A stretch of 64,000 nt of DNA. Origin: Callorhinchus milii. Taxonomy: Eukaryota. The number at the start of each line of letters is the position of its first letter. The first letter of the stretch is position 1. Shown in pieces: positions 12,272-24,233 of this stretch. The position numbers and the translations under genes were made by a program. The stretch spans positions 82,524,001-82,588,000 of the forward strand of contig NW_024704742.1 in assembly GCF_018977255.1 (NCBI RefSeq), given 5' to 3'. The notes below the pieces were generated by a model that saw only the letters and a list, made by a program, of their open reading frames with translations, was not told the origin of the DNA and did no database searches.

Positions 12272-13079
12272 GAATGAGGAGAGTGCACTCTCAGAAGGAA
12301 CCAAGAGTGTAGCCCAGTGTTTCACTTGGTTACATCTGATGGTAAACTTGGAGAAGTCTCAGGTTCAATTATCAGAAAAGTATTGCTTACAGCGGATAGA
12401 TTACAGACTAAAACGGAACTAGTTTCCATATCAGACAGATACATCTGTGATACTGAAGACAGTTAGCAATAGCCAAAGAATACCTCAGAAAGCTGGAGAT
12501 AATGGAAAAACCTGCCTCTGTTACTGTTATAATGGTAAAACCTAATACAAGGACTATTGGCATATGGGCAACCTAAATTATTTGTCATATCTGAACCTCT
12601 AAGCGTAAAATCTACATTGGCCTGAATATACCTGTGCCAGATAGTTGCCCAGGATGGTTGAGTGGGTTTACAATTATATCAGATGGTTGAATAACTGTCT
12701 GGCATAAGTAAGAGAAGAAATATGCAACATGAACTCCAAGTGTTTCCTGAGCAGATTGTTGACAATATTATTATGTCTTCACTGCCTGTCAAAATAATAC
12801 CAGCAATTCAATCATTAGCTTAACTTTGTTTGCATCATTTTCAAGCTACTTCCATTTCCTTTGCAAGCTGCCTTCTACTAAACTAATTACTATACTGGCC
12901 CAGCCAGCTCACTGGGTGATATGAGTTAGATATTGTGTCCAGCTTCCTCTTTCTATTTCAGAGGTCAACCACTTATCCTGATTGCTCTGACCTAGATTGT
13001 GTAGCTGAAGCTACATTTCATGACACTATGAGGCAGCATATTAGCCAGGTGATATGCAACAAGGGCTGCCTGTTACAGA

Positions 13080-13690
13080 CAACAATAACAGCTTGTACTA
13101 TATAGCGCCCTCCACCCAGGGTAGCGTCTTAGAGCACTTAACAGTGGCGGAGCCTGACTCCAAGCCAGGGGGAGGTGAGAAGTGGCTGTAAGTACGATCG
13201 AGGAGGAAAGTTTTCAGGTGGGACCTGAAAGAGAGGAGAGAGGGGGCAAGGCAGAGAGATTGAGGGAGAGTGTTCCAGAGTTTGGGGCATGCTGGCTGAA
13301 AGCATGACCTCCGATGGTGGGGTGAAGAGTGTGAGGGACGAGCAGGAGGCCGGTTCCAGTCTAGCGGAGGTGCCAAGTGGTGGATTGTTGAGTGAGGAGA
13401 TCGGAGAGGTAGGGAGGTGCCAGGGAGTGGATGGATTTGAAGTCAATCTGTTTGGTGATGGGGAGCCAGTGGAGCCTGGTACCGAGTTTGGTCTGGGTCA
13501 ATATGAGGACAGCAGAGTATTGAATGAGCTGGATATTGTGAATAGTGGAGCTGGGGAGACTGGCAAGGAGTGCGTTGGAGTAATCCAAGTGGGTAACAAA
13601 CGCATACACAAGGGTTCTGGCTGCATTTGGGGTAAGGTACGGTCGCAGGCAGGCAATGTGGCAGAGGTGGAAGAAAACGGTCCTGGTCAG
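13080..13690 (-). mobile_element. L2 3' fragment, second tail subfamily
   Basis: ORF reads LVYAFVTHLDYSNALLASLP...LHWLPITKQIDFK. The tail type gacgctaccct...ggagggcgctatata matches 2879, 6312 and 16251. Confidence 0.9.
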
Positions 13691-14184
13691 AGTTTGCAAG
13701 TTTATTGCAACAAAATACATTTTCATGAGCACTAATATTTAGATCTTAACATTCATTTCCTTTCTATAATATGTTTCAGGGAGATTGTAGCTTGTTTTTG
13801 TTCAGCTTTTGTTTTTTCCCCCTATAGCTTATTTCAATCATCTAAATGGAAGTGACATGAGATAGGCTGTTGTAGCTCTCTTTGTGTAGCCCTCAGGGAA
13901 TAAAACATGTTTAAAAAACATGGACTTCTTTTGAAGGCCATACTTTTAAAAAGGTTTTTGTAATAACGATGCACATAAAGTGAGTGAAGTGCATCAAGAT
14001 ATCGCGGATCTCTGCAGAGCTGGAATTGAATGTGAAATGACAGGTAACATTTGCTCTAGTAGAAAGAGTTTTATTGGTTTGTTTTGCACTCGCACGAGGT
14101 GATTTAATTGAGCACCCCATCCCAGCCCCATCATGTGATAAATTAGGTTTAAGCTGCAAATTGGGATTTTTAACTCATGTAAGT

Positions 14185-14512
14185 TGACATTCTAGTGCAA
14201 TGCTGCTGTGCACGGCATTGCTGGGAGGTGCTATCCTTCGGAGGAGATGTTAAACTAAAGCCCTGTCTGCTGGTTCAGATGGCTGTTCAAGAGCTCATGG
14301 TGTTATTGGAAAAGAGAAATGGAGTTTCTCCCATTGTCCTGACTAACAATCCACCAAATATAACTGGACATTAATTTCATGGCTGTTTTTGCAACATTGC
14401 TGTACGCAAATTGGACACCATATTTACCCACAAAATACACAGTCTACCCTTCACAGCAAATTCCTATGAACCTCTTTGAGATGTCTAGACAATGTGATAA
14501 GGCACTATATCC
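14185..14512 (+). mobile_element. Old Deu-SINE lacking most of the head
   Basis: ggaggtgctatccttcggaggagatgttaaac...catggtgttattggaaaagag...gctgtacgcaaattgg...tttgagatgtctagacaatgtgataaggcactata. Confidence 0.8.
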
Positions 14513-14654
14513 AGAAGAGTATTCAACAACAACAACAACAAATTAAACTTGTATAGTGACCTTCACATTGTATATCTGTCAACGTTGAATCTGTTAACTG
14601 TGACCAAGTGTTTTATTTAATTTTAATTGTATGAGTACACTGTACTTTACTATT

Positions 14655-15342
14655 ATCCAGCTATCCTTCAAACCATTCATTTGTGCCGTGACCCATTCTT
14701 CCTTTCCCCACCTCCGCAATATTGCCCACCTCCACCACTGTCTCTCACCACAGGCCGCCAAGACACAGATCCATGTTTTCATCACATCCCGGCTTGGCTA
14801 CACCAATTGTCTGCTCGCTGAACTTCCCAACTTATCCCTCCATAAGCTGCAGCTTATTCAGAACTCTGCAGCTCGTTTCTTCTCCCACACCAGGCTCTGT
14901 GAACCAATCACCCGGTTCTTGCCCCACTTTACTGCCTCCCCATCACTCACCTTCAAAGCCCCCCACTGTTTTGCTCCCCCATACTTCTTCGACCTCCTAA
15001 CCCCATATCAGCCTGTCCGCTCCCTTCCGCCTGGCAGACACCAGCCTGCTTCAGGTCTCCTACACTTCCCGCCCCATCATTGGTGGTTGGGCATTCAGCA
15101 TCTCTGCCCCCACATTGTGGAACTCTATCCTGCAATCCCTCCGCCTCAACCCCTCTTGCTTCCTTCAAGTCCCATTTAAACACCTTCCTCTTTGACCATG
15201 CCTCCCACCCCCATTCCCACTGCCCTCCAACCCTCCTGACCCCAACTCTCAGCTCGGGTCCAAAAAGTCCTAACTGTCCAGACCCTGAGACGTCTTTTCA
15301 ACGTGAAGGGCGCTATACAAGTGTAATTTGTTGTTGTTGTTG
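14655..15342 (+). mobile_element. L2 3' fragment
   Basis: ORF reads FPHLRNIAHLHHCLSPQAAKTQIHVFITSRLGYTNCLL...LQLIQNSAAR and ends gggcgctatacaagtgtaatt(tgt)n. Confidence 0.92.
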
Positions 15343-15408
15343 ATTATGCTTCTGGATAAATTATTGTGTTGAGTTCTACTTAATGTGAGACACAAAAAAA
15401 ATTAGGCT

Positions 15409-15486
15409 CTTCCTATTTTGCACGAAGATTGTTGGACAGTGAAACCTTCCTTTAATTTATTCTACAGTGGCACTGTTCAGGGAATG
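15409..15486. repeat. Unclassified 78-bp dispersed repeat, copy 1
   Basis: Ungapped 65/78 identity (counted by hand) to 63609-63686. Confidence 0.8.
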
Positions 15487-15949
15487 TTATAATCTTTAGA
15501 TTTGATAACCACTTTTCACGTCAAAGGATAGATCAGGATTTATTGTACAATGTAATGATTGTGCATTTTGTGAACAACAAGAGCGGTGGCATGGTGGACT
15601 AATGTACTGGCATGTTGAACAATGGGTGGAAGATTACAAATTACAATGGTGAGGCTCCAATTTCAGTGAGAGCAATACAAAGATGTTTAACGTGGGAAAG
15701 GTGCTCCAGAATTATAGAAGAGAAAATATGAAAGGAAATTGATGAATTATCTACTTGTGCTATGAATCAGAAATATTTAGCAGTCCAGTGGAAAGGGAGA
15801 ATATTGGACAAGTAACAATAAAATGATATAACTGAGCATCAAGTTGAGAGGGAAGGGTCACAAACCATGGAATAGTTTTAAAAAGGCCTTCACAATAGTA
15901 TTAAATAATGCTATTATGAAAGGATGACAAAGGAACTGATTAACATACA

Positions 15950-16900
15950 ATAGGAGGAATTGTTAGATGTTAAATTTACTCAATAATGGTAGAATGGAGC
16001 ATTTCAAAACAGTTATAAACTTCTGGTGTGAGGCAATCATGGTCTGTAAAATAACACTAGGCTCGGTATCAAACAAAAGGGAAGGTTACAAGACTGAAGA
16101 CAATCAAGATCACAACAAAACAATGAAAGAAAACCAATAAAATAATAAATAGGAAGTATGAAAATAAATGTGCATGTGGTACAAGAATATCACAAAAGAG
16201 GTAGTAGAACAGGAGGTGGATCCATATAAAGATGTGGTTATGACCATGCTACAACAACAACAACTTGGATTTATATAGCGCCCTCCATGCTGGACGGCGT
16301 CTCAGAGTACTTTACAGTAACGGATCCCGGGGCCGAGCCAGTGGGAGGGGGAGTAAGGTGACCAAAGGTGCGGTCGAAAAGAAAGGTCTTTAGCAGAGAC
16401 CTGAAAATGGGAAGGGAGGGAACGAGACAAAGGGAGTGAGGAAGGCAGTTCCAGAGCATAGTGGCTGAAGACACGGCAACCAAGGGTGGAGCGGAGGACT
16501 CGGGGGACGAGGAGGAGGCCAGACCCGGAGGAACGAAGGCAACGGGTACTAGAAGTTAAGAACACGGGAGAACTGTTTCGGCTGTCACAGTGGAGACGAA
16601 TACGAAATCAGAGATACAGGGTAAACTGGAATGGAAATTGTACGGATTATTAAAACAATACTATTGCAATGAATATAATTTTGGAACTGAAGGTAGATAA
16701 ATCTCCACGCCTGATGTTTCTGAACCCAGGGTATTATAGGAAATAGACAAGGAAATTGGAAATGCATTTGTTATCATCTTTCAAAGCTTTCTGGACTCAG
16801 GTTTAATATCAAAAGAAGCAAAGGAAGAAAATATGATGGCATTATTCAAGAAGTGAAGAAGGGACACGCCAATGGTGGTGAGGATACAGGAGCGTTCCAC
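15950..16900 (+). mobile_element. Highly degraded CR1 ORF2 fragment, interrupted by an L2
   Basis: aaatctccacgcctgatgtttctgaacccagggtattataggaa...gcatttgttatcatctttcaaagc matches the KSPG.D..HPRVL region of the CR1 at about 29000. Confidence 0.65.
16251..16565 (-). mobile_element. L2 3' fragment, second tail subfamily
   Basis: ORFs read LRSSGSGLLLVPRVLRSTLGCRVFSHYA and LWNCLP...FRSLLKTFLFD; (TGT)n tail. Confidence 0.9.
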
Positions 16901-17419
16901 AAGGATCAGAACTACATCAAGTATGATAACATAACTGCCCTTTCGACCAACATAGACTCAATACTTCAGATGTACTACCACCAAAAGGTCTAACCAATGG
17001 TTACAGAATAGCAGTCTGAATTTCCTGTAAGTGAAAAATAATTGAAATCTCCACACTGTACAGGTCTCCCACAAATAGCCACTGTGCAGGTGCACGTATG
17101 CACTCAATTCACTTTAGATCAAGGGAAATAATAATAATTGCATTAGATAAATCGCCTTATCACATCTCAGCTCCTTTTAATCCTGCAAGCTAAAGCCTAA
17201 TAGGTAGCATGGTCCTAGCTGGTCAAGCAGTGATATCAATGGCAAGCTATGCAGTTTTAGCTGGTAGGAGTCCAGCAGTACCCTGATCCACACACTTGCC
17301 AACCTACGCCTAATACTTTCTCTAATTAGGGAAGCAGGATGCATCCCTTCAGGCATTCCATTCCCAAATTCTTCTCTGGAATTTCCATGTGTAGGTGGGA
17401 TGCATGGAAATCGCAGTTT

Positions 17420-17750
17420 GGTTTAGATGGTGGATGATCATTGTTTTTTTATCTGGGTGATTGTTGGCCAGGACACTGGGAGAATTATGCCATGTATCTT
17501 TCTTGTCCAGCAGAACAAGCAGACGAGACCTCAGTTTTTCATGTATCACACCATAGAACAGCACCTCTGGCCATACAGTACACTGCAGGCAGCATATTAT
17601 AACAACAACTTGCATTGATATAGTGCCCTTCACTTCAATATAAATAATTCATAATAGAATATCAGGCCAGATCATGAGAGTTCAAAGACCTGACATGGAG
17701 CTCACAACCTTCGGATCCAGAGCCAAAAGTGCCTCCAATGAGTCAGGCTG
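17420..17750 (-). mobile_element. Fragmented old Deu-SINE (body about 17420-17595, head about 17660-17750)
   Basis: gattgttggccaggacactgggagaa and ctcacaaccttcggatccagagccaaaagtgcctccaatgagtcaggctg, the reverse of the head seen at 44117. Confidence 0.6.
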
Positions 17751-18179
17751 CTACCTGCAAAGTGCTAAATGCTTATAAAAGCATGAGATGAACAGGAACG
17801 TGGACAGAAATGAACTTGCAAACGTCTGATCAAATTTGAAGTTGGCTCTTGCCTTAAGGCCAAAATGTAGAATTACTGTGTCGGTAAATTAGTGTGGAAA
17901 GGTTGTATAATTGGCTGTTAGGAACAGTGATTCACCATCACAGATTGGTATAATTGATTAATAGACTAGTGTTGCTCCTTTAACTACAGGATCGTTCTGT
18001 GTCAGATCCCCTGAATACCAAATACTGCAGCGCAATTATATTGACTGGATGACAGAAATATTCTTTAGTCCTTCAAGTCGCAAATAATAGCAAGAAGTAT
18101 ATTTCAGCCATATTAAGGCACTGCATGAGAATTCATTAAACCGTCTATGTGAATACACTGTATTTACTGTATGTAAACC

Positions 18180-18603
18180 GTTGGCTCTCTATCCTTCAGA
18201 GGATCCTGAACTGGATCCTCTGGGCCTCACCTACAACGCCCTCCATGGCCTCGTCCCACCCTACATCTGCGATCCCCTAACCCCCTACCAACCCGCCCGT
18301 TCCCTCCGCTCAGCCGGCTCTGGCCTGCTCCACGTCCCCCGACCCACCCACCCTACCATTGGCGGGAGAGCCTTCAGCTACTCTGCCCCCAACCTCTGGA
18401 ATTCAATCCCCCAGTCACTCCGCCTCGCTCCCTCCTTAGCCTCCTTCAAGTCCTGCCTCAAGACCCTCCTCTTCAACCATGCCATCAGCTACCCCCCTTC
18501 CCCTCCCTTCCCCCCCAACCCCAGCTCGGGTCTGAAATGCTGTATTCTCTCCAGCACCTTGGGACGTGAAAGACACTATACAAATGTAATCTTGTTGTTG
18601 TTG
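18180..18603 (+). mobile_element. L2 3' fragment, relatively young
   Basis: ORF reads LTYNALHGLVPPYICDPLTPYQPARSLRSAGSGLLHVPR...FKSCLKTLLF, with stem-loop and (TGT)n tail. Very similar to 20182 and 50909. Confidence 0.93.
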
Positions 18604-20181
18604 AATGTTTTGTTGTTCTGTAAATGCCTCTGCTTTCACTACAGCAAACAAATGAGCAATTCAAAGTGCAAGTCTTGACAAATTGATGATGCTCTAATTA
18701 TTTCTGGTCATTATCAATAACTTCATATTTCCAATACTTGGGTTGTTCTTGTCCACAGGAAATATCTGTGCTGATTTTCTTACTAACTTACTGACAAGCC
18801 ATTTTCTTTGTTCAAAGGTCTCAGGATAGAGCTCATTCCGCTGAATTGCAAAGCTGCAGACTCAGGGTAACGTAATTTTTTTTTGCTTATTTTCTTGTTC
18901 TGAATTATAATTACCAAGTAGACAACAAAGTGCTTATTCAGGCTGTTAAAACTTTCGCACGTCAGAAGTGAACTTATGTTTGGTTACCAGCCAGATACCT
19001 TTTTCCAGTATTAATTTGCCATAATTGCTTGCTATGTGTTATCTGCCTGTGTGCAAATGTCACTTGACTATGGCTATTTTTGCATCCAGTGTGGTTTAAA
19101 AAGGCTGACTCTGACTTACACAAGGAATTAACCTGAATCTGCTGCCTTGATTTAACATACAGCAGATTGAGGAGAATAATGCAATGTTTTTAATTGAACA
19201 TCTTCAGCAGTAAAAATGGTCATGTTTCCTTCCGATCACAGAGGATTGAAAAGCAACATGCCCATTATATCATGTGTCCCACCTTACACCAATGTACGTT
19301 CTAGCTAAAAGGCTTATCTGGTAGAGTCTATAGCCAGACAGGGTTTGACTATCGACTGAGTGCCTGTAGTATAAATGGAAGAAATCACCTGACTGCTGAG
19401 ATGCCCTTAGCCTAGAAGCCTACAAGAACAAGGGTTACATTGGATCACTTGGTAATATATACTCGTTTGACCATACAGGTCAAGAAGACTGAACAACTCT
19501 GCCGAGAGCCATGAGAAAGAGTTGTACTTTCTAGCTTTTAAAGTGAAGACCACACGCATTATGTAATATAACCAGCCGTGAGGAATCTGCTTCTAATCCT
19601 GGGGATCAGCTGGGATTTATAAATCAATTGAACTTGTTTGCCTGACATCCAATGAATCCCTTAGCTACAACCTTGTAATATTCAGTGATTCCCTACTTAA
19701 TTCTCAATTCACAGCATTTTGCATCGGGCAGGTCTGTGCTAAAATCTCCTCCAACTAGATAGCTATTTGCTCTTACATATATAATGTGTTTAAAAATAGA
19801 AGTGGCATTTGTTACAGGTTTTTTAATTTGATACAGGCTGTTGGTAAGATAAAGGTTTTCCTTTTATTTTGGTCTCAGGAGCGAGGAGGGAGAAGTAATT
19901 AATCTGTGCAATAAGTCTCTGATGATCTGACCGACCAATCTACTGTTACATTTTCATTTGCACTTGAATTTCTGAAAAGAGAGAGAGGGATGAAGCTGAC
20001 AAAACTACATCGACGGTACAACGCAGTGTACATTTTGCAGACATAATAACCCTGTTACACGGTACTATGATGTACCAAATGCGGTACACATTTTGTTTCT
20101 GGCATGCAGCATACACTCTCAGGAGGCCTCACAATCTTCGGGCAACCAAACAGGCCATCTTACTGTGCAAGCAGCTCAGAG

Positions 20182-20750
20182 ACAACAACAACAATAACAA
20201 GATTACATTTGTATAGCGTCTTTCATGTCGGGAGGACGTGCAACAGTGTACAATAGTGTACAGCATTTCAGACCCGAGCTGGGGTCAGGGGGGAGAAGGG
20301 AGGGGAGGGGAAGGGGGTTGACCGATGGCATGGTCGAAGAGGAGGGTCTTGAGGCAGGACTTGAAGGAAGCTAAGGAGGGGGCGAGGCGGAGTGATTGGG
20401 GGACGGAGTTCCAAAGGTTGGGGGCAGAGTGGCTGAAGGCTCTCCTGCCAATGGTAGGGCGATTGGGTCGGGGGACGTAGAGCAGGCCGGAGCCGGCTGA
20501 GCGGAGGGAGCGGGCGGGTTGGTAGGGGATTAGGAAGTCGCAGAGGTAGGGTGGGGCGAGGCCATGGAGGGCTTTGTAGGTGAGGACCAGGATTTTGAAC
20601 TGGATCCTCTGAAGGATAGGAAGCCAATGGAGTTGGGTGAGAATGGGGGAGATGGGGTCACAGTTTGGTGCAGGAGAGGTCACGGGCTGCAGAGTTCTGG
20701 ATTATCTGCAGCCTGTGGAGGGAAGAGTTGGTAAGACCGACAAGCAGGGC
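20182..20750 (-). mobile_element. L2 3' fragment, relatively young
   Basis: ORF reads LHWLPILQRIQFKILVLTYKALHGLAPPYLCD...FKSCLKTLLFD; tail at 20182-20240. Confidence 0.93.
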
Positions 20751-21427
20751 TTGACCCTGACTTGGACATGGCACTGGCAACCACACTGTACCACCACCTA
20801 TTGTAACCCAGGGTCTCGTTTTGTGGACCCAAGGTACTACTTTGAAAGATCCTGTTTGCTATGAAACGTATGTACTGGCATCTCAGCCCACCAACACTGG
20901 CTAAAATCTGGCCTCCTTGTCGTATCTCTCCTATTTCCCATTGAGCACAGGCTCCCATTCTTTTGCTCTCTGTGTAAAGCTCTTTGAAATATTCTCTTAG
21001 GTGGAAGTGCTTCACAAGTGCAACTTATGATTGGTGTTGTTAAAGGCTCGCTGACTAGTTCTAATGCCAATATATCTACATAGCCCATTATTATGAATGG
21101 ATTGGAGTATCATGGACAATAGGTCATGTATAAGGATGGTGTGAGAATTGCAAATTTCCACGAAGGAGATAAAAAGAAAGTGTGGAATGAGAAAGTGTCA
21201 TTCCTCCAGTCAACCTCCCTCCTTCCACAGATAATCTAACCTACAATGAACAAACTAACTGAGCTTCAATAACAGTATCTAATTTATTCTTGGTGCATGC
21301 ATACATCTCTGATATAGTGCATTTGTTTTTTTGTTGAATAGTCCCAAGCAATGGGCGAGGGGTGTGGGGTGGAAGTCTGAGTCAGGCAATCTCCCCTACC
21401 TTGCTCTGCTGCCAGTTGTAACAAATT

Positions 21428-21885
21428 AATAATAATAATAAACATTAATAATCCTTACGTTTGGTACAACACCTTTCATGTTGGGAGGATACTCCACTGC
21501 ACTTCACGGCATATAATGTAAAGTTCAGTGACTGTATGGTGTGTGGACAAATGTGGCAGCCAACTTGCAGATAGCAATGTTCTACAAACAGCCATTGAAA
21601 TGAATGACCAAATTAATCTTGAGGATCATTGGCCAGGACATCCAGAGAAACTCCCTTCTCTTTTTGAATAGTGCCATTGGATCTTTAACGTCCACATGAA
21701 CAGGCAGAAATTAACTTCTTAAATGTCTTATTTGAAGGATGATGCCTCTAACAATGCAATACATCCCTAGAATTGCATTGGAGTGTCAGCCTAGATTAAA
21801 CGAGTTCAAAGCCCCGAAATGAGGCTTAAACACACATGCTTTTCACTCAGAGGCAGGAGTGGTACCAATGGAGCTGGGCTGACAA
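21428..21885 (-). mobile_element. Full-length old Deu-SINE
   Basis: (TAT)n tail at 21428-21452, Deu body, and a head ending ...ggagtggtaccaatggagctgggctgac. Confidence 0.85.
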
Positions 21886-22469
21886 TTTGCTACACTTTGG
21901 AAAGTCCTCCCTATGTAAAAGTCTTTAAACCAACTGTAAAGATTAATATTATTAGTAGCAGTACAACTGCAATATAGAACTATCACCTTGTTTTATTGTT
22001 TGCGGTTTCTACGTCTTCTTAAATAAATTATCAGGAGAACAGAGATGGCAGCTCATTTTAACAACTCAGTTTGATATAATCACATAACGTGTTATGAAAC
22101 GAGATTATTTTCTGTTGCATGAATTGAGATGTGCTAATTTTATCTCGGGTAGTTCTTTTGAGCGACTCTTTTGTTTTTTTCCCCCGCTGAAGGGAAAAGA
22201 GAAGCCTGATATCAGAATTCTTCACCTATCATCAGGAAATAAAGCTCCAAGGTTTTAGCCCCCAAACCATGGCAATTTTCCCTGGTTTAGGACAGGTTGT
22301 CAGCTATGAGCTGGGTTGTAGGAGGATGGATGTGCATCAGTGTAAACTCATTAAACTTGGGACAGATTTATGGCTGATAACACTACAGCAGCATGTTGCT
22401 CGAAGTAATACAGACACCTGAGTATTTGCTTTTCATTTAACCCTTTTGTAGATGAGAGTAGTCCTGAGT

Positions 22470-22730
22470 CCACACAGAATCAAGGGGTATTCGTTACACT
22501 ATGTATATTTGAAAAGAGAAGCAAGATTCTCCTTGTATTCTGACCAACAATCAATCTCCCAGATAAAACGGATCATTCACTTTGTGACTGTTTGTGGGAC
22601 GTTGCTGTGTGCAAATTGAGCGCTATGTTCACCTGCAAAAAAAAGTCACTACATTTAACAGTAAGTTAAGTATTTTGAGATGCCCTCCCAATGTGAAAAG
22701 TGCAAGGATTATCAGTGCAAGGATTATTGT
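22470..22730 (+). mobile_element. Old Deu-SINE 3' half with duplicated tail end
   Basis: ctgtttgtgggacgttgctgtgtgcaaattg, and agtgcaaggattat present twice in tandem. Confidence 0.7.
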
Positions 22731-24194
22731 AAACATTATTTGGGGTCATCAAGATAAGAGATATTAGTTCTAAGAATTGGATTACGTTCCTCTTTCAGGC
22801 TCTTAAGTCAGCACTTCGATAAGGCACAGATCAACCTGCATGATGTTTCCTCAGCCCCCATCCCCCAAAAAACAACATATGCCCTTTTCCACACCAGCCA
22901 CCCTGTGACTCATCTGCATGCCTTGCCTTGACTTTTTTTTAGGCAACCATGTACAAGGGACCTGAATTAATAGCAGCCGAATGACTCTGAAAGTGCTTCA
23001 ATAATTCAGCCCTTTTATCTGAGCCTTTGTAATACTCAGATCAACCACAATGTTGAGCTCTATCTCTTCTCCTAATTAATTTTCCCAATGATATCATCAC
23101 ACCACACTGTTATTGCAAAAACATTGCAAAGAGTTAACTGAAAATAGATGGGAAAAACATGAAATGTGATATTAATAATGATAAAAATCCTTACACTTGT
23201 TATAGTGCCTTTCATGTCAGAAGGATATTTCAAAGCTCTTCATTGGAAAATTGTAAAATGGATTGACTGTGTGTTTTATGGTTGAAACATGGCAGCTGAT
23301 TTGTGCAGAGCTATGTCCTGCTCAAAGTTTCTTGTATTGATTTTACAAACGGATTCCCATTGACATATTTGCTACAATGATATTAAGATAGCACCCATCC
23401 AAAAAGAGGATTCATCACTTTCAGCTTATTTGAATATATTCCCCCTTTGTTTTCTTTAAGATTTGTTTCTGTCAGATTTGTCTCTTTTCAGGCTGCGAAG
23501 CTTGCCTTAAGTAGAGTGAGGTGTACAACAGTGAGCTGTGTTGACTAAAACTTGATGGTAATCCTTTGAAGCCCTATGGAAAAGTACATTAACTCTGTCT
23601 CACACACGTCCACTAGCATGTTTGGGTCAGAAATTAGATATTGACTAGTTTTGGTCCAATTGTCCAGTCACAAAGCACTTTCTGAGTATCAACACAGTTC
23701 CTTCTCATATATATCAGTTGCTCTGTCAAGGTTTGGTAGCCATACACTTTACATTGGTTGTTAACTTTAGGAGTGCATTTTTACCATTGATTTGTTGATA
23801 TGTGCTCAGAATGCAGCTGATGGCACATTTATTGCAGTAATCACTAGACTGGGAAACACATCAATGCTGAACTGTTCCCGATATTGTTCAAAGAGGATTC
23901 CCTGCTTTGCAATGAAAGAAAACCCCATTATGGACCAAATTAAATTGAAGTTGTCTAACATGGTGGCAGTGATGTCCATAATATTCATTCCAGGTTTAAA
24001 GATATCATACAAATTATGTCTGCCTGGAAGCTGTGCAAACAGCACACGCATAGCTTTTACAAAATGCTGCCACCATGTTTGATGTCTTCCCAAGGCTAAA
24101 TTGGAACCTTCAATCGCCAAGACAGTGCAAATCTTTGGGACTGAAGGTCTGCAAAGTTTGTTGACGGTAACAGAACAAGACAGATTAATTCAGA

Positions 24195-24233
24195 TTATTT
24201 ATTCAGCAGACATTTCCAGTCAGTCACATCTAC
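24195..24233 (-). CDS. Candidate terminal coding exon (VDVTDWKCLLNK*) of an unidentified gene
   Basis: Strong acceptor tcttctcttttataatttctgtgccccacAG at 24234-24235. Phase 0 matches the donor of exon 32480-32589. TAA at 24195-24197; AATAAA downstream at 23828-23833. Confidence 0.5.
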   Translation of the reverse strand, partial: VDVTDWKCLLNK

